Shown: positions 9,631 through 18,714 of the stretch, in pieces | Layout: each line of letters begins with the position of its first letter | Position numbering within the stretch: position 1 is the first letter of the stretch | IMG/VR virus record: IMGVR_UViG_3300037296_000046 | Coordinates: 1-64,000 of that record | Strand: one strand, 5' to 3' | DNA: 64,000 bases | Source of the DNA: a virus | Translations under genes and position numbers: made by a program | The notes under the pieces: generated by a model | Databases searched by the model: none | Told to the model about the DNA's origin: nothing | The model's input: the letters and a program-made list of their open reading frames with translations, nothing else

Positions 9631-9700
9631 ATCGGTGAAACGTGGTGTTTCATCGGCCAAGTTTAGTGGTTCATCCACTCATGATTCAAAGGATTACATC

Positions 9701-10111
9701 ATGTCCCTATTCGATAACAATTCCACATCTGCTGGCAACACTTCCACTGGTGGTAAGAGTGATAAACCATCGGCTACAGTTTTCATCAATGTTGGTAAAA
9801 CTGTGAAATACGAGAACCCAGAATCGGGTGAGACGGAAGAAATGTTCTTGAGCCTACCTATGGGTATTGGCCTTGATAACATGGAAGAATTGGTTGCCAA
9901 AGGCACCTCTGAGACGTGGGCAAATACTGTCCAAGGTAAGAACGCTATTCGTGCGTTCTGTCTGTCTCTGGCTGCTGATCTGGAGCCGGGAGAAGGCTTG
10001 ATTGCAGATATGCTGCAAGTCGAGATTCGTCGTGTCAAAGATAAGATGGCACCACCTGCTCCGGGTACAAACCCGCTGCTGGAACAACTTGCTGCCTTTG
10101 GTATCAAGTAA
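9701..10111 (+). CDS. N4 gp2-like ssDNA-binding activator of RNAP II middle transcription
   Basis: FINVG...FLSLPMGIGLD...LEPGE...LQVEIRRVK closely parallels N4 gp2 as recalled; ATG 9701 with AAGGA RBS; follows P2. Confidence 0.85.
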   Translation: MSLFDNNSTSAGNTSTGGKSDKPSATVFINVGKTVKYENPESGETEEMFLSLPMGIGLDNMEELVAKGTSETWANTVQGKNAIRAFCLSLAADLEPGEGLIADMLQVEIRRVKDKMAPPAPGTNPLLEQLAAFGIK

Positions 10112-10186
10112 GCGTAGTTGGTTACAGGTATATAACTTGTAGCCAACTTAACCGTACTCAGTGCCAACTGTATGGTTCCGCAAAGA

Positions 10187-10239
10187 AACCCAGTCAGCTA
10201 GTTACATTATGTGTAGCTAGTTGGCTGGGTTCTTTTTTT
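10187..10239 (+). terminator. Long-stem Rho-independent terminator
   Basis: 21-bp stem (with G-U pairs) AACCCAGTCAGCTAGTTACAT/GTGTAGCTAGTTGGCTGGGTT then CTTTTTTT. Confidence 0.8.
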
Positions 10240-10333
10240 ATGGGTAGCATCATCTAAATGCTATCTTTTGAAAAGATGTACTTTTTGACTAAGGATTACC
10301 TAAGTCTCAACCCTTGAAATGGAGGTTACTACA

Positions 10334-10507
10334 ATGGGCTATAGTATCGTGATTATACCACAAGGTGGTGGCTGTGTGAGCCGTGACCAAGGTAATGTTA
10401 CTGAGGCTGTAGCTGTTGCTAGAGCCAAGGAGAGACGGTTGGACTTTCCGACTGCAACTGAGGTTCGTGTCATCCAACATGGTGTTGGTGTCATTCATTC
10501 ATTCTGA
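10334..10507 (+). CDS. Hypothetical protein
   Basis: GGAGG RBS, ATG 10334, 57 aa. Confidence 0.65.
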   Translation: MGYSIVIIPQGGGCVSRDQGNVTEAVAVARAKERRLDFPTATEVRVIQHGVGVIHSF

Positions 10508-10525
10508 TCTTGAAGGAGAACTACT

Positions 10526-10927
10526 ATGGGCAATGCTCTGAAGACTATCGCTGAACTAGGTTTGGCACTTGGTGTGAACTTGCTTCAGCCACCTCGTCAG
10601 CCCTCTGGTGAGGATTTCTGTGTATGGCCTGACGGCACATGCTGCACTCGTGATGAGCTTGAGGATTATCTCAGCTTTATGAGTGATGACTTTATGGTGG
10701 TTCCTTTGGATCATCCTGATTATCAACTTTACGCTGATGATGGTTTTGTCCCTACTGCTGAAGACATCTGGGAGGCTCGTGTACACGATGCTAAGCGGCT
10801 AGGGCTTGAGTTGTGTGAGTTCACCTATCCTCGTGAGGACGGTGATACTGGTGTACGCACTGTAGGCGCTGTGCTGGCCTCTCAGGGGCTATCAGCGAAC
10901 CTCTACACCGGAGGTGACAACTGGTGA
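10526..10927 (+). CDS. Hypothetical acidic early protein
   Basis: AAGGAG RBS; 133 aa; WPDGT..DEL.DYL.FMSDDF segment. Confidence 0.75.
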   Translation: MGNALKTIAELGLALGVNLLQPPRQPSGEDFCVWPDGTCCTRDELEDYLSFMSDDFMVVPLDHPDYQLYADDGFVPTAEDIWEARVHDAKRLGLELCEFTYPREDGDTGVRTVGAVLASQGLSANLYTGGDNW

Positions 10928-11085
10928 TGGATGCTCTGCGTAAGCTCACCTTTGGCCTCGCTGTAGTGATGATGCTTGTAGGCATCTACACCATGAACCC
11001 AACCGTTGCCCTCTGGGCTGCGGGACTATCTGTGTTGGCTCTTGTGGTCAACGTGGTTTCAATCTTTAATCCTACTGAGGAGTAA
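10927..11085 (+). CDS. Small membrane protein (not in ORF track)
   Basis: TGATG overlap, GGAGG RBS; MDALRKLTFGLAVVMMLVGIYTMNPTVALWAAGLSVLALVVNVVSIFNPTEE, 52 aa, two TM segments. Confidence 0.65.
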   Translation: MDALRKLTFGLAVVMMLVGIYTMNPTVALWAAGLSVLALVVNVVSIFNPTEE

Positions 11086-11089
11086 TACA

Positions 11090-11224
11090 ATGAAGACGGT
11101 CACAGCACCAACCCTAGAAGGGTTCTTCGCATCAACCCAATTTGAAATCTATGGCATTGCTATGGCCGCCATCTTGGTCCTCGTTATCGTGAACTATGCA
11201 ATTGATGCGTTCATGAAGCACTAA
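11090..11224 (+). CDS. Small membrane protein
   Basis: GAGGAG RBS, ATG 11090, 44 aa with one TM helix. Confidence 0.6.
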   Translation: MKTVTAPTLEGFFASTQFEIYGIAMAAILVLVIVNYAIDAFMKH

Positions 11225-11252
11225 TCTCAACTGTACAAAGGAACTGTGTACA

Positions 11253-11447
11253 ATGGCTAAATCCGCATATCGTGGACAAGACGCAACTCGTGAACTCATC
11301 CGTCAGAAGATGCAGGAGTGCAAAGCAACCATCCTCACGGGTAACGATTCTGCTATCTGGAATGATGCTTGTGATAAGCTCGCTGCTCAGATGACTGAGG
11401 AAGGGCTGCATACAACGGCAGCAACAGTGATGAACTACAAACACTGA
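11253..11447 (+). CDS. Hypothetical protein
   Basis: AAGGA RBS, 64 aa, followed by a terminator. Confidence 0.7.
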   Translation: MAKSAYRGQDATRELIRQKMQECKATILTGNDSAIWNDACDKLAAQMTEEGLHTTAATVMNYKH

Positions 11448-11467
11448 GTGTAATGAAGCGTAGCTAT

Positions 11468-11496
11468 AGCCTCACCCTAGCGGGTGGGGCTTTTTT
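11468..11496 (+). terminator. Rho-independent terminator
   Basis: AGCCTCACCC-TAGC-GGGTGGGGCT-TTTTT. Confidence 0.8.
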
Positions 11497-11523
11497 GATC
11501 TTTGATAGCCCAAGGAGCACATC

Positions 11524-11685
11524 ATGGGATTTGTTGAACTCAGAGCCAAGCTGGAAGCTGCTTATCACCAACGTGATCTTAACATCAATGATGATGAGTA
11601 TTGCGACTGCTACTCGAACTGGCTCAACACACTGAGCTTAAATGAATTCATCCAGTTTCTCAAAGATGTTGAGAACTTTCAATAG
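11524..11685 (+). CDS. Hypothetical protein (not in ORF track)
   Basis: AAGGAG RBS; MGFVELRAKLEAAYHQRDLNINDDEYCDCYSNWLNTLSLNEFIQFLKDVENFQ, 53 aa. Confidence 0.65.
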   Translation: MGFVELRAKLEAAYHQRDLNINDDEYCDCYSNWLNTLSLNEFIQFLKDVENFQ

Positions 11686-11696
11686 GAGATAGTATT

Positions 11697-12239
11697 ATGA
11701 ACTATGAGATGAACTACGAAGACTTTCGGTCTGAGTTGAGCCAAGTGTGTGATGCTGTGAAGCGTGACATTACTCGTGGTAGGTATCGTAATGGTATGAT
11801 CAATGAATCTGTACCAATGACACAGATCAATGCTCAACCTAGCTTTCGTGATCAGGTCATTGCTATGGATTTTGCTGATGCTGAATCCCGTATTGGTAGC
11901 TGGACACAAATGATGATCCAAGAGTTATTCAGTGCAGCAAAGCAACCTGCTTACCTTGATCGTTCACCTGCAAAGCCTGATACCCATAAAGCATCCGATG
12001 TTCTTGAACAGTGGGACTTGGGTGGAAGGCGACATACTGTCGAACATAAGATGCTAGGTGGACGTGCTGAATACATCTGGATGAATGAATGGCACAATAT
12101 TGAGTTTGAACCAGATGGCCGAGGCGACGAGAAAGACTGGGAACGTACTAAGTTTGTTTCTGGGGGTCCAACTCCACCAGATAAAGCTAAGCGTGCTAAA
12201 CTCAGAGCCAAGCGGAAGAAAGCCAATGGGAAAAGATAG
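11697..12239 (+). CDS. Hypothetical protein, basic C-terminus
   Basis: AGGAG RBS, 180 aa. Confidence 0.75.
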   Translation: MNYEMNYEDFRSELSQVCDAVKRDITRGRYRNGMINESVPMTQINAQPSFRDQVIAMDFADAESRIGSWTQMMIQELFSAAKQPAYLDRSPAKPDTHKASDVLEQWDLGGRRHTVEHKMLGGRAEYIWMNEWHNIEFEPDGRGDEKDWERTKFVSGGPTPPDKAKRAKLRAKRKKANGKR

Positions 12240-12417
12240 CCACATGACGCCTTACTATGAGGTAAGGCAGGCTGCGATTGATAATAGTCCTGATAAGGAT
12301 TCTATATTCAAGCAGCATCACAAGATAACGATGGAATACGATACCAGTCTAAAAGACGATCCTAGGTATTACTCCCTTCGTCATATCTACAAATATCAAC
12401 AGGAGAACAAATCGTGA
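12226..12417 (+). CDS. Hypothetical protein
   Basis: ATG 12226 or 12244; GTGA overlap with the next gene. Confidence 0.55.
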   Translation: MGKDSHMTPYYEVRQAAIDNSPDKDSIFKQHHKITMEYDTSLKDDPRYYSLRHIYKYQQENKS

Positions 12418-12839
12418 ACAAAGACACAATCATTCGTGACGTAAATATGGTATTCGTATTTGGTTCAAATCTGTCTGGCATCCATGGCGCTGGATCAGCA
12501 CGGGTAGCAGCTAAAGAGCGTAACTATCCCATGGGCAAAGGTGAAGGCTATCACCTTGATCCAAGGACAGGACTGGCGACATATGCTCTGCCTACTAAGG
12601 GCTTGAACATTACTGATATGAAGATTTATCAGATTCGTCGTCATGTTCAGAAATTCATTGAGTTTGCTCAGGCAAATCCAGAAATGAAATTCAAGGTCAC
12701 ACAAGTAGGCTGTGGATTGGCTGGTCATGTACCATCAATCATCAGTGCCATGTTTGAATCTGCTCCAAAGAATTGCTACTTCGATTCTAAATGGGCCAAA
12801 TACATGCGTGCTAACGTGTCGTATTGGGGAACATACTAA
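12414..12839 (+). CDS. Macrodomain-like phage protein (FVFGSN..G.HG.G family)
   Basis: VFVFGSNLSGIHGAGSA, YALPTK and VTQVGCGLAG motifs resemble the macro-fold Gly loops. Confidence 0.7.
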   Translation: MNKDTIIRDVNMVFVFGSNLSGIHGAGSARVAAKERNYPMGKGEGYHLDPRTGLATYALPTKGLNITDMKIYQIRRHVQKFIEFAQANPEMKFKVTQVGCGLAGHVPSIISAMFESAPKNCYFDSKWAKYMRANVSYWGTY

Positions 12840-13075
12840 TGGTGAAACGCTTGGTTCTCAAACAGGTGGGACACACAGCTAAGATGCTGTCAGCCATGAG
12901 TATTTATGGTGCGTCAGCTAAGGCTATCAGTGAAGACACAGGCATTGTGTATGATAGCTATGGCATGGTTCCACCTGCACCACCTGAAATGCCTGACATC
13001 AAAGAGGTGAAACAAGAGTTCATTCCGAATAATCGGGCTGGACGTAGGATGATGAAATCAAAGAAAGGTAAGTAA
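12839..13075 (+). CDS. Hypothetical protein
   Basis: TAATG overlap; C-terminal NRAGRR basic motif. Confidence 0.65.
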   Translation: MVKRLVLKQVGHTAKMLSAMSIYGASAKAISEDTGIVYDSYGMVPPAPPEMPDIKEVKQEFIPNNRAGRRMMKSKKGK

Positions 13076-13076
13076 T

Positions 13077-13466
13077 ATGCAGTGCATAGCTATGACTAAG
13101 AAAGGAGAACGCTGTAAATGTGGAGCAATGCACCATAATACAGTTTGCTATACTCATAGTTATGCTAGATTTGAGGTTGTCTCATCTCGTAGATATTACA
13201 TTGGGTTTAGCTTTAAACCTGCTGAGTATACTATCGTTAATGGATACCGTAAGTATAAGAAATACGCATATGCTAAGGTATTTGAAACTCAGGAAGAAGC
13301 TATGGCCTTCTTGAGTGCTAACTGGGATTTGATCTTTGGTCACTTCCCTAACAAATGGACTAATTACAAGGTCCGTAAAACGATGAGAGAACAGCGTGTA
13401 CTACGCTCTGCTTCAATTGAATCGTTCAACATCAACATCCCTAACCCTTTATTGGAGACACCATGA
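13077..13466 (+). CDS. Putative CCCH zinc-finger protein
   Basis: N-terminal C-x3-TKKGERC-x10-C-x2-H. Confidence 0.6.
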   Translation: MQCIAMTKKGERCKCGAMHHNTVCYTHSYARFEVVSSRRYYIGFSFKPAEYTIVNGYRKYKKYAYAKVFETQEEAMAFLSANWDLIFGHFPNKWTNYKVRKTMREQRVLRSASIESFNINIPNPLLETP

Positions 13467-14290
13467 CTGTTACGCCAACTGTAGATACTCAAATTGCATT
13501 TGAGAAACTGTACGATAAGAACCAAACGATGACACGTCTTCGGCGTGAGTATGACATCCCAGATGTGCGACAGCATCTCATGAAGAATGGTATCCCTCTC
13601 AAGTTTGGTATCGCTCTGATGTCCCAAATGGTGCTGCACAAGCGTACCACGATCAATGTGCTGGTAGGTATCCTGTACCATCACTTTAAGGACGAGGAGA
13701 ACCCATTCCAAGCCTGTGCTGATATGATCCTCAAGTCGATCCATGCCAACCTGTTGGACTACAACTCAATGGGCAACCAGTGCATCGTGCGTATCAACGT
13801 ATCTCAGGATGTGTGGGATGATCTGGAACGGTATCAGTATCCATTGCCCATGCTGATTGAGCCAATGCCTATCACTGACAACACTCAGACAGGCTATGTG
13901 ACACAGAAGGGCAGTGTCATCCTGCGTAACAATGCAACGGATGATGATGTATGCTTGGATACACTGAACAGTGCCAATAAGGTAGCTCTGACCATCAATC
14001 AGAACACTGCTCGCATGGTTCAAAACTCATGGGCTGATCTGGACAAGCAAAAGTCAGATGAAACATGGGATGAGTATCAGCAACGTGTTCGTGCATTTGA
14101 GAAGTATGATCGGTCATCCCGTGACATCATGGAGCACCTAGCCATCCATGGTAACTGCTTCTACCTGACCCATAGCTATGACAAGCGTGGTCGTCGCTAC
14201 TGCAACGGCTATCATGTTTCATATCAGGGAAACGAATGGAACAAAGCAGTTATTGAGTTTGCCAATGAGGAGGTAATCGACGTTGACTAA
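13463..14290 (+). CDS. RNA polymerase II subunit 1 (N4 gp15-like, T7-type N-half)
   Basis: YPLPML..P, YDKRGRRY.NGYH..YQG (DxRGR motif), 275 aa. Confidence 0.92.
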   Translation: MTVTPTVDTQIAFEKLYDKNQTMTRLRREYDIPDVRQHLMKNGIPLKFGIALMSQMVLHKRTTINVLVGILYHHFKDEENPFQACADMILKSIHANLLDYNSMGNQCIVRINVSQDVWDDLERYQYPLPMLIEPMPITDNTQTGYVTQKGSVILRNNATDDDVCLDTLNSANKVALTINQNTARMVQNSWADLDKQKSDETWDEYQQRVRAFEKYDRSSRDIMEHLAIHGNCFYLTHSYDKRGRRYCNGYHVSYQGNEWNKAVIEFANEEVIDVD

Positions 14291-14465
14291 ACGATTGAGA
14301 GTATGGCGTCACAATCAATACAAGGGACATGCTGCAATGACTATTAGCAACATGTACAACATTGTGCAATCTGACACAACAACACCGGAGGCCAAGCAAT
14401 TGGCCTCTGATATTATAACCAAAGCCAATCAATTGAAATTGGCGTTACAGACGAGGGTGGAATGA
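14283..14465 (+). CDS. Hypothetical protein
   Basis: GGAGG RBS before TTG; overlaps neighbours. Confidence 0.55.
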   Translation: MTKRLRVWRHNQYKGHAAMTISNMYNIVQSDTTTPEAKQLASDIITKANQLKLALQTRVE

Positions 14466-14671
14466 GTAAGCCTTATAAAGACTTCAGCAAGACACAGTTC
14501 TTGTTTGATAACTACGGCTATCTTCAGACATTCAAACGTCAGAAGCAACGTGCATTGTTCTCTCGTGAGACACATGCTTTCATTAGGTTCATATCTACAG
14601 GTGAACATAATGTAGAGGTAGCTCAAGATGAATACATCAAATCAGTATGGAGGTTGATACCCAATGGGTGA
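14462..14671 (+). CDS. Hypothetical protein
   Basis: GAGG RBS, ATGA overlap. Confidence 0.6.
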   Translation: MSKPYKDFSKTQFLFDNYGYLQTFKRQKQRALFSRETHAFIRFISTGEHNVEVAQDEYIKSVWRLIPNG

Positions 14672-15098
14672 TATGGCTGACAGCTATAATTACGGTAATG
14701 GATTCGATGACATGTTCGATGGCATGTTTGAAGAAGACGATTTCTATATCCGTGGTCGTAGTCGTAAGATACGAAAGGAATTCCAATCTGAAGACCCAAC
14801 TCTATGGCGGGATAAGACTGGGGTTGATCATGTAATTGCTGAGATGTCATCTAATCATCTTATCAATACCATACGATTCTTGGATGGTAGTGATCTAAAG
14901 GTTATCCAACGTGCTAACCTTGAGGCTGCACTTGAGAAATTAGCTAATGAATCCAAGGCTGTAGAGGATCGTGTGCGTGTACCACGTCCTCGTAAGACAT
15001 CACCCAAAGGCAAACTGTTTGGTAACGATGAGCCAAAGAGTGAGTATAGCACCAAATACGCATCACACGATGCAGACGGTAATGAAATAGATTTCTAA
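14664..15098 (+). CDS. Hypothetical protein (W..K.G...I.EM.S.HL.N motif)
   Basis: GGAGG RBS; 144 aa. Confidence 0.7.
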   Translation: MGDMADSYNYGNGFDDMFDGMFEEDDFYIRGRSRKIRKEFQSEDPTLWRDKTGVDHVIAEMSSNHLINTIRFLDGSDLKVIQRANLEAALEKLANESKAVEDRVRVPRPRKTSPKGKLFGNDEPKSEYSTKYASHDADGNEIDF

Positions 15099-15120
15099 AT
15101 CGTCTCACATCACTATATTG

Positions 15121-15146
15121 GGGCTGGCTTAATCGCTGGCCCTTTT
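15121..15146 (+). terminator. Rho-independent terminator
   Basis: GGGCTGGC-TTAATC-GCTGGCCC-TTTT. Confidence 0.6.
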
Positions 15147-15179
15147 GCATATTTAATCATCAGCACAAGGGAACACACT

Positions 15180-15557
15180 ATGTCTAAGTCTCGTAGAACC
15201 GCTTTCCAATCTATCTGCCTTGGTTCAGCCAAGCATGGTAAACTTGACACCCATGATGAACGCATTGGCTCTAATGGTAAATTTGCTAATCGTTCTATTC
15301 GTCAATGGTTGAAACTCGACACCAAAGCTCGTGTTACTCAGTATCACTTGGATCATGCTGATGACATGGAACACAACTACTGGGACTTGGAGGCTGAGCG
15401 TGAAGAATATGAATTCATGCTCGAAATGGAAGCCCATCTAGATGAAACGTATGCTCGTGAATATCGTGAATACGAACAATATCTAGCTGATTTGGATGAC
15501 CCAGAAAAAGACTGGGCTGATTCATGGACTAATTACGACCTGTATGAAACTGCTTAA
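15180..15557 (+). CDS. Hypothetical protein with highly acidic C-terminal half
   Basis: 125 aa, AAGGGA RBS. Confidence 0.7.
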   Translation: MSKSRRTAFQSICLGSAKHGKLDTHDERIGSNGKFANRSIRQWLKLDTKARVTQYHLDHADDMEHNYWDLEAEREEYEFMLEMEAHLDETYAREYREYEQYLADLDDPEKDWADSWTNYDLYETA

Positions 15558-15577
15558 TTCCTGAAAGGATTACCACA

Positions 15578-16789
15578 ATGACAATGACTATGCTTACAGC
15601 ACTGCAATACCTCAAGATCGACATCGCAGGCAACTTTGATGGTGCCGTTGATAAGATGGACTGGCTCGACAGGGTAGCGTACTTCGATAACCTCGTTGCT
15701 GCCAAAGACCATGATTACATCGTTGAGCACGCTGAGAACCCTGCTCTGACCTATGCTGGACTTCAAGCCTATCGTGCTGCACTGCGTGGCGATCCAAGTG
15801 GGTATCCCATCTCTTTGGATGCCTGTAGCTCTGGTCTACAAATCCTCTCAGTAATGGTAAACTGTGAGAAGTCTGCAAAGCTCTGTGGCGTAGTGTCTAC
15901 GGGCCACCGTGAGGACGCCTACACCATCATCTATCAGGACATGATGACTGCACTGGACAAAGCCTGTAAGATCACACGGGCTGACTGTAAACGGGCTATC
16001 ATGACTGCACTGTATAGCTCGACTGCTGTACCTAAGCAGGTGTTCGGTGAAGGTGAACAACTGGCAGCGTTCTATGCCTCTATGGAGAAGCTGGCACCCG
16101 GAGCATGGGAACTGAACAAGGCACTGTTAGGACTGTGGCAGCCATACGCTGACAGCCACGATTGGGTCATGCCTGACAACTTCAATGTACATGTGAAAGT
16201 GGAAGACCATGAGCGTCACCATGTACAATTCCTGAATGTACCCATTCCTGTAGACATCACTGTGAACAAGGGAACCAAGGAAGGTCGGTCACTACCAGCT
16301 AACATCACTCACTCTGTGGATGGCATGATCGTTCGTGAGATGGATCGTCGTTGTAACTTCAACGTGGATCGTATGCTGGTCATCATCCCTCTGCTCGGCA
16401 CTGAATGTGGCAAGCGTATGGAGACTGAGGATGACCTGATGGTAGCAAAGCTGTGGGAGCACTACACCCACTCTAAGTTCCTGTCAGCACGCATCTTGGA
16501 TCACCTGAACCCACATAACATGGGTCTGGTGGACCATAAGAAGATTGCTACTCTGGTCAAATGTATGCCTGAGAAGCGGTTTGAACTGATCGCTATCCAT
16601 GACTGCTTCCGTTGTTTGCCTAACTATGGCAATGACTTACGCCGTCAGTACAATCAGATCATGGCAGAGATTGCAGCATCAGACATGCTGTACTTCCTTG
16701 CATCTCAGGTTGTCGGCTATCAGTTGCCAGTTAAGAAACTTGGTAACATAGCTCTACAGTGTCTTGACGCTGACTACATGCTTTCATAG
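15578..16789 (+). CDS. RNA polymerase II subunit 2 (N4 gp16-like, catalytic)
   Basis: Motif A LDACSSGLQ, motif B R.DCK.AIMT.LY, ANITHSVDG, motif C IHDCF. Confidence 0.95.
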   Translation: MTMTMLTALQYLKIDIAGNFDGAVDKMDWLDRVAYFDNLVAAKDHDYIVEHAENPALTYAGLQAYRAALRGDPSGYPISLDACSSGLQILSVMVNCEKSAKLCGVVSTGHREDAYTIIYQDMMTALDKACKITRADCKRAIMTALYSSTAVPKQVFGEGEQLAAFYASMEKLAPGAWELNKALLGLWQPYADSHDWVMPDNFNVHVKVEDHERHHVQFLNVPIPVDITVNKGTKEGRSLPANITHSVDGMIVREMDRRCNFNVDRMLVIIPLLGTECGKRMETEDDLMVAKLWEHYTHSKFLSARILDHLNPHNMGLVDHKKIATLVKCMPEKRFELIAIHDCFRCLPNYGNDLRRQYNQIMAEIAASDMLYFLASQVVGYQLPVKKLGNIALQCLDADYMLS

Positions 16790-16802
16790 CATTAAACCCC
16801 TT

Positions 16803-16849
16803 GGGATAGCACATTTGATTTATATCATTTGTGCTATCCCTATTTTTTT
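16803..16849 (+). terminator. Rho-independent terminator
   Basis: GGGATAGCACA...TGTGCTATCCC followed by a T tract. Confidence 0.75.
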
Positions 16850-16904
16850 CTTGGGAACACTATAGCAGGATTTATCTGCTTTTACTCCAATGATAGGAAT
16901 TACG

Positions 16905-17663
16905 ATGCCCAAATGTAAAAATGATACTTACCTGCTCACGGTCCAAAGCCTTACAGGTGAGAAAGTCCGTTTGAAAATGAAGCAGGAACAGATGATCTAT
17001 TTCATCACCACCAATGTTCTGCCTGAACCAGTCGGTCAATTGTCCGATGATAACATGAAGCTGTATCTGGATGATTTCTCATCCTTCGCCATTCCTAATA
17101 CAAAGTGCAATAACTGCCGTAAGATGATCACTCAATTGCGTGATGCTGCTCGTGCTCGTCTGTCTTTGGACTTCGGTGGATATGAAGAATCTGAACCAAA
17201 CTTCGTAATGAAGGATATGCCTGACTTCAGTGGCATGATGGCCGAAGTGATGAAGAACGCCTTTGGCTCTCACTTCTACACTGAGACTGCTCGTCAAGAA
17301 CCAGACACAGATGGGCTGGATGAGCGTAAGGACACTGAGCAACAGGATGAGGCACCTTCGACTATGCCTATGGACCACATCCAACGTGAACTGCGTGAGG
17401 GTGAACTGTGCTGCATGACCCAGCTATCCACTCGTGATGGACGTATCACAGGCAATGCGATCATCTTCGACATCCGTTACAGCCACGGTATGACCATCTT
17501 TGATGTCATCACTGATGCCCGTAACATCATGTCCTTGTCTCTCGCAGAGATGACAGAGATGTTCTACTTGCCTAAGTACGTCCTTAGCTCGTATCCAAAC
17601 GATGATGAGTATGCTGTCAGCAACTACATCCAAGATTGGCATGATGCTCGTGTAGCACGCTAA
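16905..17663 (+). CDS. Hypothetical protein
   Basis: AGGA RBS, ATG 16905; C-terminal L.TRDGR.TGNAII domain. Confidence 0.75.
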   Translation: MPKCKNDTYLLTVQSLTGEKVRLKMKQEQMIYFITTNVLPEPVGQLSDDNMKLYLDDFSSFAIPNTKCNNCRKMITQLRDAARARLSLDFGGYEESEPNFVMKDMPDFSGMMAEVMKNAFGSHFYTETARQEPDTDGLDERKDTEQQDEAPSTMPMDHIQRELREGELCCMTQLSTRDGRITGNAIIFDIRYSHGMTIFDVITDARNIMSLSLAEMTEMFYLPKYVLSSYPNDDEYAVSNYIQDWHDARVAR

Positions 17664-17669
17664 ACTATC

Positions 17670-17707
17670 ATCCCTCACCGGTAACGGTGGGGGATATTTT
17701 TTTATTT
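17670..17707 (+). terminator. Rho-independent terminator
   Basis: ATCCCTCACCG-GTAA-CGGTGGGGGAT then T tract. Confidence 0.8.
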
Positions 17708-17726
17708 ATAATCATAGGTGATAGCC

Positions 17727-17909
17727 ATGGAACGATACTACTACGCTAATAAGATACTCAAGGTTGCCTTTGTATTTGATGAGGCTCCAATTGAGATACC
17801 AGAGGGATATGAATTCCTTGGTTCTACTACTAATCCTAGTGCTAAGATGGCTCTATCTGCCTTCATCCCTGAAGGTTTTGGATACACCATCAATTACGAC
17901 AAGGGTTGA
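17727..17909 (+). CDS. Hypothetical protein
   Basis: AGGTG RBS, 60 aa. Confidence 0.6.
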   Translation: MERYYYANKILKVAFVFDEAPIEIPEGYEFLGSTTNPSAKMALSAFIPEGFGYTINYDKG

Positions 17910-17954
17910 CATCTACTCTCTGTTTTTTGGTTGTATATATCAGGAGTATATCCC

Positions 17955-18149
17955 ATGGACCCAGCTTGGATGCTCATTGTGATCATCGCTGCCCACTCTG
18001 ATGAGGCAAGCTGTCGAGCACAAATCCCCCACGAACAGCAATATCTGATCGAAGCTGGGGAAGATTTCATCGTGACCTGTGCTGAAGCCTCCTTGGCTCC
18101 ACGGGAAACATTACGCCCAACCCTTAGACCAGATTGGTTCGACAAATGA
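17955..18149 (+). CDS. Small exported protein with Rhodobacteraceae-type xxRPxxRP motif
   Basis: AGGAG RBS; hydrophobic N-terminus, two Cys, LAPRETLRPTLRP. Confidence 0.6.
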   Translation: MDPAWMLIVIIAAHSDEASCRAQIPHEQQYLIEAGEDFIVTCAEASLAPRETLRPTLRPDWFDK

Positions 18150-18367
18150 ACATTGGTGCAACTCGTAATGCTACAATGGCAATTGCCATTAAGAGCTATT
18201 TCATTCAAACTCAACCTTCACCAGTTGAAGGCCCACATGCACAAGAGGTTCCTCGTGAAACATTCATGACCTCTGCTGCTGCTAACCCTCATGTCGCAAT
18301 TGAATTTGATGAACTCTATGAGTCATTGTATTTACGTTTCGACATTGATCGTTTGGATGTGGTCTGA
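18146..18367 (+). CDS. Hypothetical protein
   Basis: ATGA overlap, 73 aa. Confidence 0.55.
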   Translation: MNIGATRNATMAIAIKSYFIQTQPSPVEGPHAQEVPRETFMTSAAANPHVAIEFDELYESLYLRFDIDRLDVV

Positions 18368-18714
18368 TGGAAGTAGGATTCTTATTCAAATGTGCGATAG
18401 GAATATGGCTCTCTGGTGCTCTACTCTATGTAATTTCCCATTACCTAATGGAAGATAAACATACAGGGGGCATCATCGCTGCCATCACTGGGGTCGTAGG
18501 CATCATCTTCATGGTCTTCGGTATCGACATCAACCCTGATGACCCACCGTACTACTGGACTTGGGACGATGCTCGCATCGCTGATGGACTGTGCATCGCA
18601 CAAGAAACAGTCGAACGATCACCCGGAATAAGCTCTAGCAAGACAGCTTTACCTGAAGAACTGATGACTCGCTACACTTGCGAAGCCACTGAATTCTGGC
18701 GTAAAACCAAGTGA
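18367..18714 (+). CDS. Membrane protein (2 TM)
   Basis: TGATG overlap; two hydrophobic helices. Confidence 0.6.
   Translation: MEVGFLFKCAIGIWLSGALLYVISHYLMEDKHTGGIIAAITGVVGIIFMVFGIDINPDDPPYYWTWDDARIADGLCIAQETVERSPGISSSKTALPEELMTRYTCEATEFWRKTK

Noticed and set aside
9563-9700. 5' extension of the gp2-like ORF
   Set aside because: Spans promoter P2; real start is ATG 9701 with RBS
11850-12095. PolA motif A-like (MDFADAESRI) and Walker B-like (GGRAEYIWMNE) snippets in the 180-aa ORF
   Set aside because: Isolated short matches without surrounding domains; likely chance or relic
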